Shown: positions 9,138 through 18,894 of the stretch, one piece after another
Layout of the letters: each line of letters begins with the position of its first letter
Position numbering within the stretch: position 1 is the first letter of the stretch
Source of the DNA: Candidatus Latescibacterota bacterium
GTDB taxonomy: Bacteria; Latescibacterota; UBA2968; UBA8231
Direction of reading: 5' to 3'
NCBI GenBank assembly: GCA_965223905.1
Contig: CBDCXV010000011.1
Span: forward strand, 128,001-192,000
DNA: 64,000 bases
Position numbers and translations under genes: made by a program
The notes under the pieces: model-generated
Told to the model about the DNA's origin: nothing
Databases searched by the model: none
What the model saw: the letters and a program-made list of their open reading frames with translations, nothing else

Positions 9138-10625
9138 ATGGGGTCGGTGTCGCAGGGAGTATCGGCAGCATTAATCGGTTCAGATCCGCCCTCGACACCC
9201 TGTCACCATTCAGCACTGTACTTAGTCCCAGAGTTCGCCAGCTTCTCCACCGGCTTGCGCACGCACTCAGGGACAAACCCCCCGACATCAGAGCGATGCG
9301 GGGATCACGAGCGCCCCAACAGGCGCTCTACGTATCTCGAGCTCATCGGACAGCTGGTGGGGGAGTCAGGTTCGCTCTCTCAGCAACCCGAAGGTTCGAT
9401 GTTGCACGAGTACATCATCAAACGCCTCCCCGCAGCCGACCACCCCTGTCTGCACGTTTGCGACAGAGGGTGGCCCCCGGCATTCGAGGTGCGGGCTTTA
9501 CTCGAATCAGACCTCCGCTGCCTTCAGCAACTAGCGCGGACCCCGCTCGCCGAACTCGTTCATTCGCACCATAACCTGATTACCCAGGCATGCAGCGAGG
9601 TTGACTCCCCTTGGAGATTGGCGACTTCTGCTGAAAAAAAGGGGTCGACGAGGCTCCCGTGGGACTTGACCGAGGACCGGATCGAGCTCGAAACCAGGTT
9701 CCGCCAAGCAGCCGATTGGGGGACTCTAGTCGAACCGCTGATCGAACTCGTCCGCGCGCACGGGGCCGGCCTCTTTCAGGGTACACCCGCCTTTACCCTT
9801 TCAGAAAGCGGAAATCAACTGAGGCTTGAGCCGGTTCCCGAGTTTGACGGTTTCAGCCTGGATTGGTGGCAAGGGAATGATTCCAAAGTAGCAACCATAG
9901 TGGCAAATACCGAGCATCTTCTGAGCGGCCTTTCGGCACAAAATGTGCTTATTTGGGGACCGCGCGGATGCGGCAAATCTTCATTGATCCTCGGGCTCAT
10001 ATCCAAGTATTTCGCTCGCGGATTGCGCGGAATTCAGATACCCCCCCACCTGCACGGGCATCTGTCGGAAGTCTATCCCTTGGTGAGGGATCGGTCGGAA
10101 CGATTTATCGGGGTGCTAGACAACATCTCCCTTGACGCCCGATCTCCCTCTTTCAGACAGCTGGCAAGCGCCCTCGACGGTGGCCTCGAAAGGCCTCCGG
10201 AGAACCTCGTGTTCTACGCGACATCCAATTTCAAGGATCTCATCGACCGCGAAGGGGACAGGCCTGCCGGGCCGCCCCGGCAGCAGATCGATGGCATTCC
10301 AGGTCCTGGCGACGTAATCGCGACGACTTCCCCCCGCCCCGAGCTCTACGATCCCCAACAGTATCAGCGTCTCGATGAGCGAAGGGCGATAGACGACCGC
10401 TTCGCTCTCAAGGTTTTCCTGGATCTACCAAAAAAAAGCGAATACGCTCGGCTTGTGCTGGCGTATGCGGGACGGGCGGGAATCGCCACCGGCGCCGACG
10501 AGGTGCTGGCCGCCTTCAACGTCTGGCGAATGCGCCACAACCACGACCTTGTGGGGGGACGTACAGCCCGCGACTTCATCCAGTGGTTGTACGCGCAGGA
10601 ACAGTCGGGAACCGGTCCCAACTGA
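9138..10625 (+). CDS. DUF815-family AAA+ ATP-binding protein (start uncertain)
   Basis: NVLIWGPRGCGKSS Walker A, LDGGLE.PPENLVFYATSN, DRFALKV and GRTARDF. Confidence 0.75.
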   Translation: MGSVSQGVSAALIGSDPPSTPCHHSALYLVPEFASFSTGLRTHSGTNPPTSERCGDHERPNRRSTYLELIGQLVGESGSLSQQPEGSMLHEYIIKRLPAADHPCLHVCDRGWPPAFEVRALLESDLRCLQQLARTPLAELVHSHHNLITQACSEVDSPWRLATSAEKKGSTRLPWDLTEDRIELETRFRQAADWGTLVEPLIELVRAHGAGLFQGTPAFTLSESGNQLRLEPVPEFDGFSLDWWQGNDSKVATIVANTEHLLSGLSAQNVLIWGPRGCGKSSLILGLISKYFARGLRGIQIPPHLHGHLSEVYPLVRDRSERFIGVLDNISLDARSPSFRQLASALDGGLERPPENLVFYATSNFKDLIDREGDRPAGPPRQQIDGIPGPGDVIATTSPRPELYDPQQYQRLDERRAIDDRFALKVFLDLPKKSEYARLVLAYAGRAGIATGADEVLAAFNVWRMRHNHDLVGGRTARDFIQWLYAQEQSGTGPN

Positions 10626-10845
10626 CGGCCGGCTTTGACCGCACATAGAACGGCGAAAGTGCGGATGGGCAAGTTCAGAAATCGACCGTTACTTTTGGGT
10701 ATGGAGGTAGGGGCGGAAGGGTATCCTCAGCGAATTCCAGGGACCGTTGGAATCCAATACCTCGACAGCTCGTGCCCTGCAACCGGCCACAGCTGTGACA
10801 AGACAGTTGTCGGAGGAGTGATTTATCATATTGTTAATAAACAAA

Positions 10846-11226
10846 TTATGCTATTTCGAGAAGCTCGACTTCGTAGCCGTCGGGGTCATCGATAAAGGCC
10901 ATTTTCCCACCTGAGCTGAATTTATCGCGCCAGCCGTCAGGCCAGACCTCGATTCCTGCTTCTTCAAGCTGGGCGCACGATTCAATCAGGTCTGAGACTC
11001 CTATCGCAATGTGCATCAGGTCTTCGGGAACATTCAGCTCGTATTCTTCTGACCAAGTCAACTCGAGGGTGTGGTCGTTGCCTGGCAGCTCCAGATGGGC
11101 AATCTGATTTCCGGCGGGAGATCTGTCGGACCGCTTTTCCACCCGGAATCCCAAGTGGGTGCAGTACCAGTCGATAGAGCGCTCCAAGTCACTAACCCGG
11201 ATTCTCGTATGCAGGAAGCGGGACAT
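10846..11226 (-). CDS. VOC family protein / lactoylglutathione lyase (glyoxalase I)
   Basis: FLHTRIRVSDLERSIDWY, LELTW, HIAIGV and AFIDDPDGYEVELLE. Confidence 0.88.
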   Translation of the reverse strand: MSRFLHTRIRVSDLERSIDWYCTHLGFRVEKRSDRSPAGNQIAHLELPGNDHTLELTWSEEYELNVPEDLMHIAIGVSDLIESCAQLEEAGIEVWPDGWRDKFSSGGKMAFIDDPDGYEVELLEIA

Positions 11227-11355
11227 GGTATCCTTCCTCAATTATGTTCTTGATGTCCCTCGGGCACCCGTTTCCCAACAGGTTTCGGGGGAGGGCGGTA
11301 CTAACAACCTTACGGATGGCCAGTGGCGGAAAAACAGTCGAAGGAAAGCAATGGT

Positions 11356-11443
11356 TGGTGCCGAAGGAGGGACTCGAACCCACACGGGGATAAACCCCAC
11401 TGCGCCCTGAACGCAGCGCGTCTACCAATTTCGCCACTTCGGC
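11356..11443 (-). tRNA. tRNA-Leu (anticodon CAG)
   Basis: Reverse complement reads GCCGAAGTGGCGAAATTGGTAGACGCGCTGCGTTCAGGGCGCAG, then a long variable arm, then GGTTCGAGTCCCTCCTTCGGCACCA with encoded CCA. Confidence 0.96.
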
Positions 11444-11523
11444 TCGCAATGATTGGCGGGACAAAAGCTAGTTGAGGCACTAGGCAGGGTCAACCCTGCG
11501 AGTACCGACTCTGGTACACGGCT

Positions 11524-12021
11524 ATGCTCGCATCGAAGAAAACCAACCGGAAAAAGAATGAGACCGGTACCAGGCTGATCGCCCAGAACCGCAAGGCGTG
11601 GCACGATTTCGAGGTCCTGTCGACAGTGGAGGCCGGCATCGAATTGCGTGGCACCGAAGTCAAGTCCTTGCGCGACGGCAAGGTCAACCTCAAGGACAGC
11701 TACGCTCGCGTAGACAAGGGCGAACTTTTTTTGCTCAATCTGCATATCGGGGCCTACGAGGCCGCCAACCACTTCAACCACGACCCGGACCGCCCACGAA
11801 AGCTCCTGCTTCACAGCTGGGAGATCAGGCGCCTTGTCGGAGAAACAGACCAACGCGGTTTGACTCTGGTTCCGACGCGATTGTATTTCAAACGCGGCAG
11901 AGCCAAGGTCGAACTCGCACTCGCACGGGGGAAACGCGTCTACGACCGGCGTCGCGACATTGCCGACCGCGACGCCCGACGGTCTGTGGATCGCGCCCTC
12001 GCCGAGGCCCGGAAAAGTTGA
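11524..12021 (+). CDS. smpB: SsrA-binding protein
   Basis: IAQNRKAWHDF, EAGIELRGTEVKSLR, RKLLLH and basic C-terminal tail GKRVYDRR. Confidence 0.97.
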   Translation: MLASKKTNRKKNETGTRLIAQNRKAWHDFEVLSTVEAGIELRGTEVKSLRDGKVNLKDSYARVDKGELFLLNLHIGAYEAANHFNHDPDRPRKLLLHSWEIRRLVGETDQRGLTLVPTRLYFKRGRAKVELALARGKRVYDRRRDIADRDARRSVDRALAEARKS

Positions 12022-12848
12022 CGGCTACAGCTCATCTGGCCACCGAGTCCTGCGCCGCCTGCACAGGCAGGGGAGTGCGCTACGACCCAAAGGTGGAAGT
12101 CGGACGCTTCGGGACCCTAAAGCTGTGCGAATGCGTGGAGCGGGCATGCTGCTGTCTCGGGGATCGGCCGTATCAGTACTGGGACGAAAACTCGAGGTTG
12201 GTATGGTGCCCTTGCGCTCCGGCAAGGAGGCGGCTGTCGGAGATCCAGCGACTGTTCAAGCTCGCCGAGGTACCTTCCAAGTTCCGTTGGAAATTCCAGG
12301 ACGATTTCTTCCTTACGACTCCGGACGGCGTGACTATCGCGGTGGCAACCGAAGCGCGCGGATATGTTTCGACCCTCCTGGACGGAGATGAAGAACCCCG
12401 CCGCGGCTTCGTCCTGATCGGGCCTCCGGGCACCGGCAAGACCTTGCTCGGATGCATCATGCTCAACGAGCTCATCCTCCACCGGGCACGCGCCGGCCGC
12501 TTCCTTAGCCTGTCCCGCAAGTACTTCCAGCAACTTCGCGATACCTTTTCCGAAAACAGCGACCGCCACGGGCAGACTTGGCAAATCCAGCAGGAGTTGA
12601 GCCGGTTACCCTACCTGCTTCTCGACGATTTCGGTATTCAGCGCGGTACCGAATTTGAGATGGAGAAGCTGTACGAACTCGTCGATGCCCGCTACAGTGA
12701 GGAGCGCTTTACCATAGTCACTACCAACCAACCTCTGGACGAGATCAGGCAGCAGAGTGCCCCCATCTATTCCCGCCTTACCGAGATGTGCCGTTTTGTC
12801 AACATGGAAGGAGTCGATTTTCGCCAACAGCTTCACCCGGTGCGTTAA
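12018..12848 (+). CDS. DnaC/IstB-like AAA+ ATPase with Cys-rich N-terminus
   Basis: Probable TTG start overlapping the smpB stop. CAAC...CEC...CCC...CPC, Walker A GPPGTGKT, Walker B LLLDDFG, TIVTTN and IYSRL. Confidence 0.8.
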   Translation: MTATAHLATESCAACTGRGVRYDPKVEVGRFGTLKLCECVERACCCLGDRPYQYWDENSRLVWCPCAPARRRLSEIQRLFKLAEVPSKFRWKFQDDFFLTTPDGVTIAVATEARGYVSTLLDGDEEPRRGFVLIGPPGTGKTLLGCIMLNELILHRARAGRFLSLSRKYFQQLRDTFSENSDRHGQTWQIQQELSRLPYLLLDDFGIQRGTEFEMEKLYELVDARYSEERFTIVTTNQPLDEIRQQSAPIYSRLTEMCRFVNMEGVDFRQQLHPVR

Positions 12849-12849
12849 A

Positions 12850-13590
12850 ATGACTGATTCCCGTGTAGACGGGCGCAGGCCCGACCAGCTCAGGCCGACC
12901 ACGATCACGCGATCCTACCTGGAATCGGCCCCAGGTTCGGTGCTGGTCGAAAGTGGGGAAACCAAGCTGATCTGTACGGTCTCGAGTGAGAACCGCGTCC
13001 CTCCGTTCGTAGAGGGGACGGGAAGAGGTTGGCTGACCTGCGAGTACGGAATGCTGCCCGGATCTTCCCGACAGCGTATTCCGCGCGAAACCGCCACGGG
13101 CAGGCCCAACAGCCGCACGCGAGAGATTCAACGAATGATCGGCCGTTCCCTGCGTGCTGTCACTGATCTCCAAGCTGTTGGAGAAAGGACACTATATGTA
13201 GACTGCGACGTGATTCAGGCTGACGGGGGGACGCGGACAGCGGCCATCACGGGAGGGTATGTCGCCCTCGTGGAGGCCATTCGCGAGATGAAGGCCGGAG
13301 GTGTCCTGGAAAGTGATCCGATTTCAGGACAACTAGCGGCAGTCAGCTGCGGACTCGTCGACGGGGAGGCTCTGCTCGATCTATGTTACCAGGAAGACAC
13401 TTCCGCTACCACCGACATGAACGTAGTCATGACACGGGATGGAAGGCTCGTCGAAATCCAGGCAAGCGCAGAGGGGGAACCCTTTACGCGGAATCAGGTG
13501 GACGGGCTACTCGATCTGGCGACCAAGGGGATCGCCGAGTTGCTCACTCTCCAATCCGCAGTCCTTGGTGATCTCCTTGCCTCCGAATGA
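12850..13590 (+). CDS. rph: Ribonuclease PH
   Basis: RVDGRRPDQLRP, GWLTCEYGMLP, RTREIQRMIGRSLR and DCDVIQADGGTRTAAITG. Confidence 0.97.
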   Translation: MTDSRVDGRRPDQLRPTTITRSYLESAPGSVLVESGETKLICTVSSENRVPPFVEGTGRGWLTCEYGMLPGSSRQRIPRETATGRPNSRTREIQRMIGRSLRAVTDLQAVGERTLYVDCDVIQADGGTRTAAITGGYVALVEAIREMKAGGVLESDPISGQLAAVSCGLVDGEALLDLCYQEDTSATTDMNVVMTRDGRLVEIQASAEGEPFTRNQVDGLLDLATKGIAELLTLQSAVLGDLLASE

Positions 13591-13820
13591 GTTGTAGCCG
13601 ATGGCCTGGGTGTAATCCCAAGCGTGAACCGGCTTGACAGCCGTATGTGGACCCGTCTATGTTTGTAGCTCTGCTGTTGCCGTGACCAAGTCCTCTTGCT
13701 ACATCGCGTACAATCCATCGGCCTTTGCCGGTGTCCTCTCCTCCGCACACCGGGCCGCATCCTCTGCGACTCAAGTATCCAGCATGTGCGAAAACTCCCC
13801 TTAAACAGCAAGGACGACGC

Positions 13821-14678
13821 ATGGCCGAGATCGCGAAAACATTCTGGGACATGGAGGACTCTCTGGGTTCCTATCTCGGGGAGATAGCCAACTCGATCCC
13901 GCTTTCCTCCTCCGAAGAAGTCGATCTTGCGCGCAGGATCAAGGGCGGCGATGAAAGAGCTCGCAATTCCCTCGTCGAAGCCAATCTGAGGTTCGTGGTC
14001 AGTGTCGCAAAAGAGTATCAGAATCGAGGCGTCCCCCTTGTCGACCTCATCAGTGCCGGCAACATGGGACTGATTACGGCTGCCGAGAGGTTCGACGAAA
14101 ACAAGGGGTTCAAGTTTATCTCCTATGCGGTCTGGTGGATCAGGCAAGCCATTCTCCAGACCCTCGCCGAACAATCCCGCACAGTGAGACTCCCACTGAA
14201 CAAAATCGGGTTGCTGTACAAGATATCCAAAGCCTCCCGCCTCCTGCAGCAGGAACGCACCGACGATCCGAACCCCGAAGACATAGCCAACGAACTTGAT
14301 GTCCCCGTTGAGGACGTGCGTGAAACAATGATGTGTGGCCGCTCGGTTCGTTCGCTTGACGCCACTTTCAAGGAGGAAGAGGATCACAGCCTCCTCGACA
14401 TCCTTCCCGACGACCGGCAAGAATCCCCCGAAAACCTCGTTATGCGGGGATGTCTGCGCGGACAAATCGATTCAGCGCTAGGGTCGCTGGTGGGTCGCGA
14501 AGCCGAAATCCTGCGGCTTTATTTCGGACTGGATGGCGAGGAACCGATGACGCTCGATCAAATAGGGGTACGTTTTGGCCTGACGAGAGAACGCGTCCGC
14601 CAGATCAAGGAAAAAGCTCTGCATCGACTGCGGCACCCCAGTCGCTGCGATCAGCTAAAGACCTACAGCCGCACCTAG
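13821..14678 (+). CDS. Sigma-70 family RNA polymerase sigma factor, short RpoD/SigA type lacking region 1.1
   Basis: ANLRFVVSVAKEY, GFKFISYAVWWIRQAI, QSRTVRLPLN and region 4 LTRERVRQIKEKAL. Confidence 0.92.
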   Translation: MAEIAKTFWDMEDSLGSYLGEIANSIPLSSSEEVDLARRIKGGDERARNSLVEANLRFVVSVAKEYQNRGVPLVDLISAGNMGLITAAERFDENKGFKFISYAVWWIRQAILQTLAEQSRTVRLPLNKIGLLYKISKASRLLQQERTDDPNPEDIANELDVPVEDVRETMMCGRSVRSLDATFKEEEDHSLLDILPDDRQESPENLVMRGCLRGQIDSALGSLVGREAEILRLYFGLDGEEPMTLDQIGVRFGLTRERVRQIKEKALHRLRHPSRCDQLKTYSRT

Positions 14679-14800
14679 TTTTTAGGTTCCTGCGCGAGTG
14701 ATGCTCCATAAAGCCGGCGTCTCCTCCGGCACCCATGTCGCGCCCGTAATCTCATTCTCCACTTCTGTTTGTTCTCCCCACACTTTCTGAGGAAGCAACT

Positions 14801-14977
14801 ATGCCCACAGAGGTCATGGAAGAGGAACTTCTGCGCTCGATCGAGGAGATAGAAGACCGGATCAAAAACATTCAAAAGCAGGTTCGGACGGTGATTTCAT
14901 CTGTGCAATCCGAATCCGCACCTGAGGAGGCACTGAAAACTCGGGTTCATACCGCCCGCACTGGGACCATTCGGTAA
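14801..14977 (+). CDS. Putative 58-aa coiled-coil small protein
   Basis: Below the ORF-track cutoff. GAGGA RBS upstream of ATG; MPTEVMEEELLRSIEEIEDRIKNIQKQVRTVISSV has a heptad pattern. Confidence 0.5.
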   Translation: MPTEVMEEELLRSIEEIEDRIKNIQKQVRTVISSVQSESAPEEALKTRVHTARTGTIR

Positions 14978-15266
14978 TTTGAAGGGCAGGGATGGGGTGA
15001 TTTTTCTCTGTTGTGCGTAGGTTGCACTACCGGTACTTTAAAGAAATCATATGCTTACGAAGTTCCGAGGCAGAGACGGAGATCGGCAGAGATCCACAAA
15101 TTTCCTCGTTTCTGACGGACCCGGTCTGACTTCCCGCCCACGGCAGCACAGGATTCGAACCGCATTCCGCCGGCATATGCTTTACCTTCAGCCGGTGGGA
15201 GTTCTTGATCAGTGGGGGTCTCTCAATACCGAACAGCTCTTCCACCAAGATCCAGGATAACCCTTA

Positions 15267-16058
15267 GTGACACGTCCATTCGAAAAGGAGATGGAAACCG
15301 CGACGCAGTTGGCCTGGGTAGCAGGCAGGGCGACTCTGCGCCATTTCCAGACCGGGGTAGGGGTTGAGTTGAAGGCCGACGCGACGCCGGTTACTGCGGC
15401 AGATCGGGAGGCGGAGGAGATCATACGCATGGGTCTGCAGCAGGCTTTTCCGGAAGACGGCGTGCTCGGTGAGGAATTCGGTGAAATAGCGGGGTCCTCT
15501 GGACGATGTTGGATCATTGACCCGATTGACGGGACAAAATCGTTTGTAAGAGGTGTTCCTATCTACGGAGTCCTAGTCGGGTTGGAAGATCAAAGGGGTG
15601 AAGTGGTGGTTGGGGCGGTGTACATTCCCGCTCTCGACGATATGGTGCATGCCGCCAAGGGACACGGCTGCTGGTGGAACGGGAGGCGCGCACGTGTCTC
15701 GTCGGTTCAGGATTTCAACGAGGCCTGCGTCTGTTACACAAGCAGTCGCAGTTTCTTTCAGCAACATCCGGATTACGACTTCCATGAGCTGGCCGGGAAG
15801 GTGGGATTGCTCAGAGGGTGGGGGGACTGTTACGGGCACCTGCTGGTCGCCACTGGCCGAGCGGAGGTCATGCTCGATCCCGTCCTCAGTCCCTGGGACT
15901 GTGCTCCTTTGGTACCCATTCTGCAGGAAGCCGGGGGAACCTTCACCGACTGGAGAGGGGAAGCCACGATTCGCGGGAAGGATGGGGTTTCCACGAACGG
16001 CCACCTCTTCGATGAAGTCATGAATCATCTTTCACCTGCGAATCTCCAGCAATCTTGA
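15267..16058 (+). CDS. hisN: Inositol monophosphatase family protein, probable histidinol-phosphatase
   Basis: KADATPVTAADREAE, GEEFG, WIIDPIDGTKSFVRG, GDCYGH and WDCAPL..ILQEAGG. Confidence 0.8.
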   Translation: MTRPFEKEMETATQLAWVAGRATLRHFQTGVGVELKADATPVTAADREAEEIIRMGLQQAFPEDGVLGEEFGEIAGSSGRCWIIDPIDGTKSFVRGVPIYGVLVGLEDQRGEVVVGAVYIPALDDMVHAAKGHGCWWNGRRARVSSVQDFNEACVCYTSSRSFFQQHPDYDFHELAGKVGLLRGWGDCYGHLLVATGRAEVMLDPVLSPWDCAPLVPILQEAGGTFTDWRGEATIRGKDGVSTNGHLFDEVMNHLSPANLQQS

Positions 16059-16443
16059 ATTCCGGAGGTTCGTGCCATCTGTCTTGAGGGAGGTGATTCT
16101 GGCTGATACTGCAAGCCAACTGGACTTTGTCAGATGAAATGCCATCTTTACCTTGGTCTCGCAGGGATTTTGCGACCGCGGCCAGCACAATGGCGGTGGC
16201 ACCGTGAATCCGCCTGCAGTTTCTTCGGAAGTCTGGACTCCACGTGATTCCGGAAATCCGCAGGGTTCATCTATGGAGTCGGGCTCAGCTGGCGAAGTTC
16301 GCCTATTTCAAGATCCTGTCCGGCTTCCCGGAAGCCATTTCGTGTTGCCGCTGTCTATTCGGCCGCATTCATTCCGTTGCAGGTCGGCAAGTTGAAAAGG
16401 TGAGCTGTTCAAGCGCGTCGCCAAAATAGCGGGAGGTAAGACA

Positions 16444-16902
16444 ATGAAGATCACTAAAGCGATCTCACTGGCGGTGGCGTCAATTCTGTTTTGGAGTTGT
16501 AGCGGACCGCCGGACGAATTGACACCGTACGTTGTCCGGTATGAGAACATGCAGTCGATCAACAGCAAACTTGAGCGCTACCAGGGGTATCTGAAAAGCC
16601 CTGCCCTCGAGCGCCAGGCGCGCGACATCCGCGAAATCATTCAGGCGTACCACGACAGCTTGGAGAGCTTCGGGAAAACCAAGAACAAATTTATCAAGGC
16701 GAGCCACAATAACGTAAAGAGAGCCGTGGCACGGGCCCTGACACAGCTGGTTCAACCCGATTTTCCCACCTTCACGATCAGCGCTCAGAAACAGATCACT
16801 TTGATCAAAGAGCGAGTCATCGACCACTACGACAGCTTGGACAAAATGTGGCACGAAGCAGGCAAGACCGAGCCGTTCCCCTTGAAATGGCCCGGTCAAT
16901 AG
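16444..16902 (+). CDS. Hypothetical lipoprotein
   Basis: GGAGG RBS, signal peptide with lipobox-like FWSC and a helical body; no family recognised. Confidence 0.7.
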   Translation: MKITKAISLAVASILFWSCSGPPDELTPYVVRYENMQSINSKLERYQGYLKSPALERQARDIREIIQAYHDSLESFGKTKNKFIKASHNNVKRAVARALTQLVQPDFPTFTISAQKQITLIKERVIDHYDSLDKMWHEAGKTEPFPLKWPGQ

Positions 16903-17060
16903 GCGACCCAATAGGTGGTAGGGAACAAGGTGGCTACTATTCCGAAAGACGCCGGAAACCGCCATCAGTCGAAGCCCCGAGCGCGAAATCCTTCCGTATT
17001 CACGGGTAATTTCCTGCCCCGCTTCCACCCTCAATCGGGCGACTGTAGCGTTCCCCCAGC

Positions 17061-17255
17061 ATGATCAAGCTGCTATTGATCCTCATCCTGGTGGTGGTTG
17101 CAGCTCATGTCGTTACCAGTTTTTTGGGAGGGGATAAACGATCCCGAACCTTAGACGGCGCGGGAGTTGATCGAGATAAGATCAACCGCGACAAGGCAAT
17201 CGACGTCGAATATACCGAAATTGCCGAAGAAAATGGCGCCGGGAGCGGCCGCTAG
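17061..17255 (+). CDS. Small single-TM hypothetical protein
   Basis: Hydrophobic N-terminus and C-terminal IDVEYTEI; sits directly upstream of holA. Confidence 0.6.
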   Translation: MIKLLLILILVVVAAHVVTSFLGGDKRSRTLDGAGVDRDKINRDKAIDVEYTEIAEENGAGSGR

Positions 17256-17263
17256 CAACCTGC

Positions 17264-18307
17264 ATGGTTACGTCGACCCGGGCGAAAAGAAGGAAGACCG
17301 GCGCAGTTTCGCCCGAAACCCTACGTTCGGAAGTCGAGCATGGCCAGCGACTGCCCTATTACCTGCTCTCCGGTGAAGAGGAGTTCGAGCGTGACGGGAC
17401 CGCAGATTGGCTGGTTTCCAAGCTGAAACCGGATGCTGCGCCGGATTTCAACACCGACCTGATCTACGGAGACGCCTTAGAGGTTCAGAGACTGCTCGAG
17501 TGTTATTTCGCCTATCCAATGCTTGCCAGCCATCGGCTGATCGTGCTCAGAAAATGCGAGAAGATTACAGCGGATCAATGCAAACAGCTCGATGTGATCG
17601 TTTCCGATCCGCAAGGGACATCCACTCTCATCGCCGTAGGCGGGAAGGTGGACATGAGGCGCCGACTCTACCAGCAGATGGGAAAATTGGGCCTACGCGT
17701 CGAGTTCAAAACACCTTACCAGAATCAGGTTTCACAGTGGCTTATCCGTCACACCCGAAACCGCAGCCTGAAGCTCGAGCCGGAGGCCGCGAGTCTGCTG
17801 GCCCTGTACCTGGGAAACAACACCCGCCGATTGGCAGGCGAAATAGACAAGCTGTCGATTTATGTCGGGGATGGAAAACCGATTTCCGCAGAGGCGGTGG
17901 TCGAGTTGGCGGGAGTCTCCAGTGCCGCCAGCGTCTTTCAGCTTGCCGATGCCGTCGGTCGCCAGGATTTTTCGACCGCGCAGGAGATGCTTCACGGTAT
18001 GTTGGGCCAAGGGGAGGAGCCGCTCAGGGTTCTGCCGATGCTGAGCCGTCACCTGCAACTCCTTCTGAAGGCCAAGGATCTCGAAGATCAGCGACTCTCC
18101 GGTTCCGAGATGGCCCGGAAAATAGGGGTTTCTCCTTACTTCCTGAAATCCTACCGCCACCAAGCTCGCCAGTTTACGAGTGATCAGCTCTGGACGGGAA
18201 TGGTGATTTTGCTCGAAGCGGACCGGCTTTTCAAGTCGAGACGTCGGAGTCAGTACCAAAAAATACTTCAGTTGTGCCTCCAGCGGCTTTGCCGGCTGCA
18301 TTCGTAG
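17264..18307 (+). CDS. holA: DNA polymerase III subunit delta
   Basis: YLLSGEEEF, PMLASHRLIV, EIDKLSIY, SVFQLADAV, GEEPL..L and LLEADRLFK. Confidence 0.9.
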   Translation: MVTSTRAKRRKTGAVSPETLRSEVEHGQRLPYYLLSGEEEFERDGTADWLVSKLKPDAAPDFNTDLIYGDALEVQRLLECYFAYPMLASHRLIVLRKCEKITADQCKQLDVIVSDPQGTSTLIAVGGKVDMRRRLYQQMGKLGLRVEFKTPYQNQVSQWLIRHTRNRSLKLEPEAASLLALYLGNNTRRLAGEIDKLSIYVGDGKPISAEAVVELAGVSSAASVFQLADAVGRQDFSTAQEMLHGMLGQGEEPLRVLPMLSRHLQLLLKAKDLEDQRLSGSEMARKIGVSPYFLKSYRHQARQFTSDQLWTGMVILLEADRLFKSRRRSQYQKILQLCLQRLCRLHS

Positions 18308-18443
18308 GACCCCGTGGCAGGTGCTGACGTACCCACATTCATTTTCTCCATAACCTGTTCAAATGGATACATTTTTGCCCTTATCCTCACCAGATCACTC
18401 GGGGGCCAAGCTACTCCTTCATGAAAGGCCCATTCGTGTTCGG

Positions 18444-18472
18444 TTGACATGGTCCGACCCCCTCGTTATATT
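18444..18472 (+). promoter_or_regulatory. Sigma-70-like promoter upstream of trxA
   Basis: TTGACA, 17-nt spacer, TATATT. Confidence 0.65.
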
Positions 18473-18564
18473 GTAAACAACATCATAACCTGCTGATAAT
18501 TTGTCAGTTACAGCATCGAAAACAGTTTGCGCGCCGGTGCGTGCCGTCACCTTCAGACTTGAGA

Positions 18565-18894
18565 ATGAGCGACCCGATTGCCTTGACCGATGACAACTTC
18601 AGCTTCGAAGTGCTGCGCGCCGAGACACCCGTCCTCGTTGACTTTTGGGCTGCTTGGTGCGGACCCTGCAGGATGGTCGCTCCTATCGTTGAGGAGTTGG
18701 CCAACGAGTACGCGGGCCGTGCCAAAATCTGCAAACTCGATGTAGATGATGCGCAAAAAACCGCTGGGGAGTATGGAATCCGCAGCATTCCTACGCTGTT
18801 GATTTTCAAGGAGGGCAAGGTGGCCGACCAAGTGATCGGAGCGGTCCCCAAGTCCCAGATCAAAGAGAAGTTGGACGCGGTCATATCGGATTGA
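18565..18894 (+). CDS. trxA: Thioredoxin
   Basis: VLVDFWAAWCGPCRM and YGIRSIPTL. Confidence 0.97.
   Translation: MSDPIALTDDNFSFEVLRAETPVLVDFWAAWCGPCRMVAPIVEELANEYAGRAKICKLDVDDAQKTAGEYGIRSIPTLLIFKEGKVADQVIGAVPKSQIKEKLDAVISD

Noticed and set aside
6973-11443. Possible genomic island between the two tRNAs
   Set aside because: It contains cysS, and there is no integrase or duplicated tRNA 3' end.
11598-12017. Arg-rich N-terminal extension of the DnaC-like ATPase, suggesting an SmpB fusion or frameshift
   Set aside because: It is off-frame read-through of smpB. A TTG overlapping the smpB stop explains the gene without recoding.
11444-12848. tmRNA (ssrA) expected near smpB
   Set aside because: There is no room for it and no GGGG(C/G)TG...TCCACCA tRNA-like ends adjacent to smpB.
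15137-15199. tRNA-like fragments on the minus strand (GGTAAAGC and GGTTCGAATCC)
   Set aside because: The spacing is too short, there is no anticodon arm and the T stem does not pair. It does not match either tRNA in the window, so it is not an att site.
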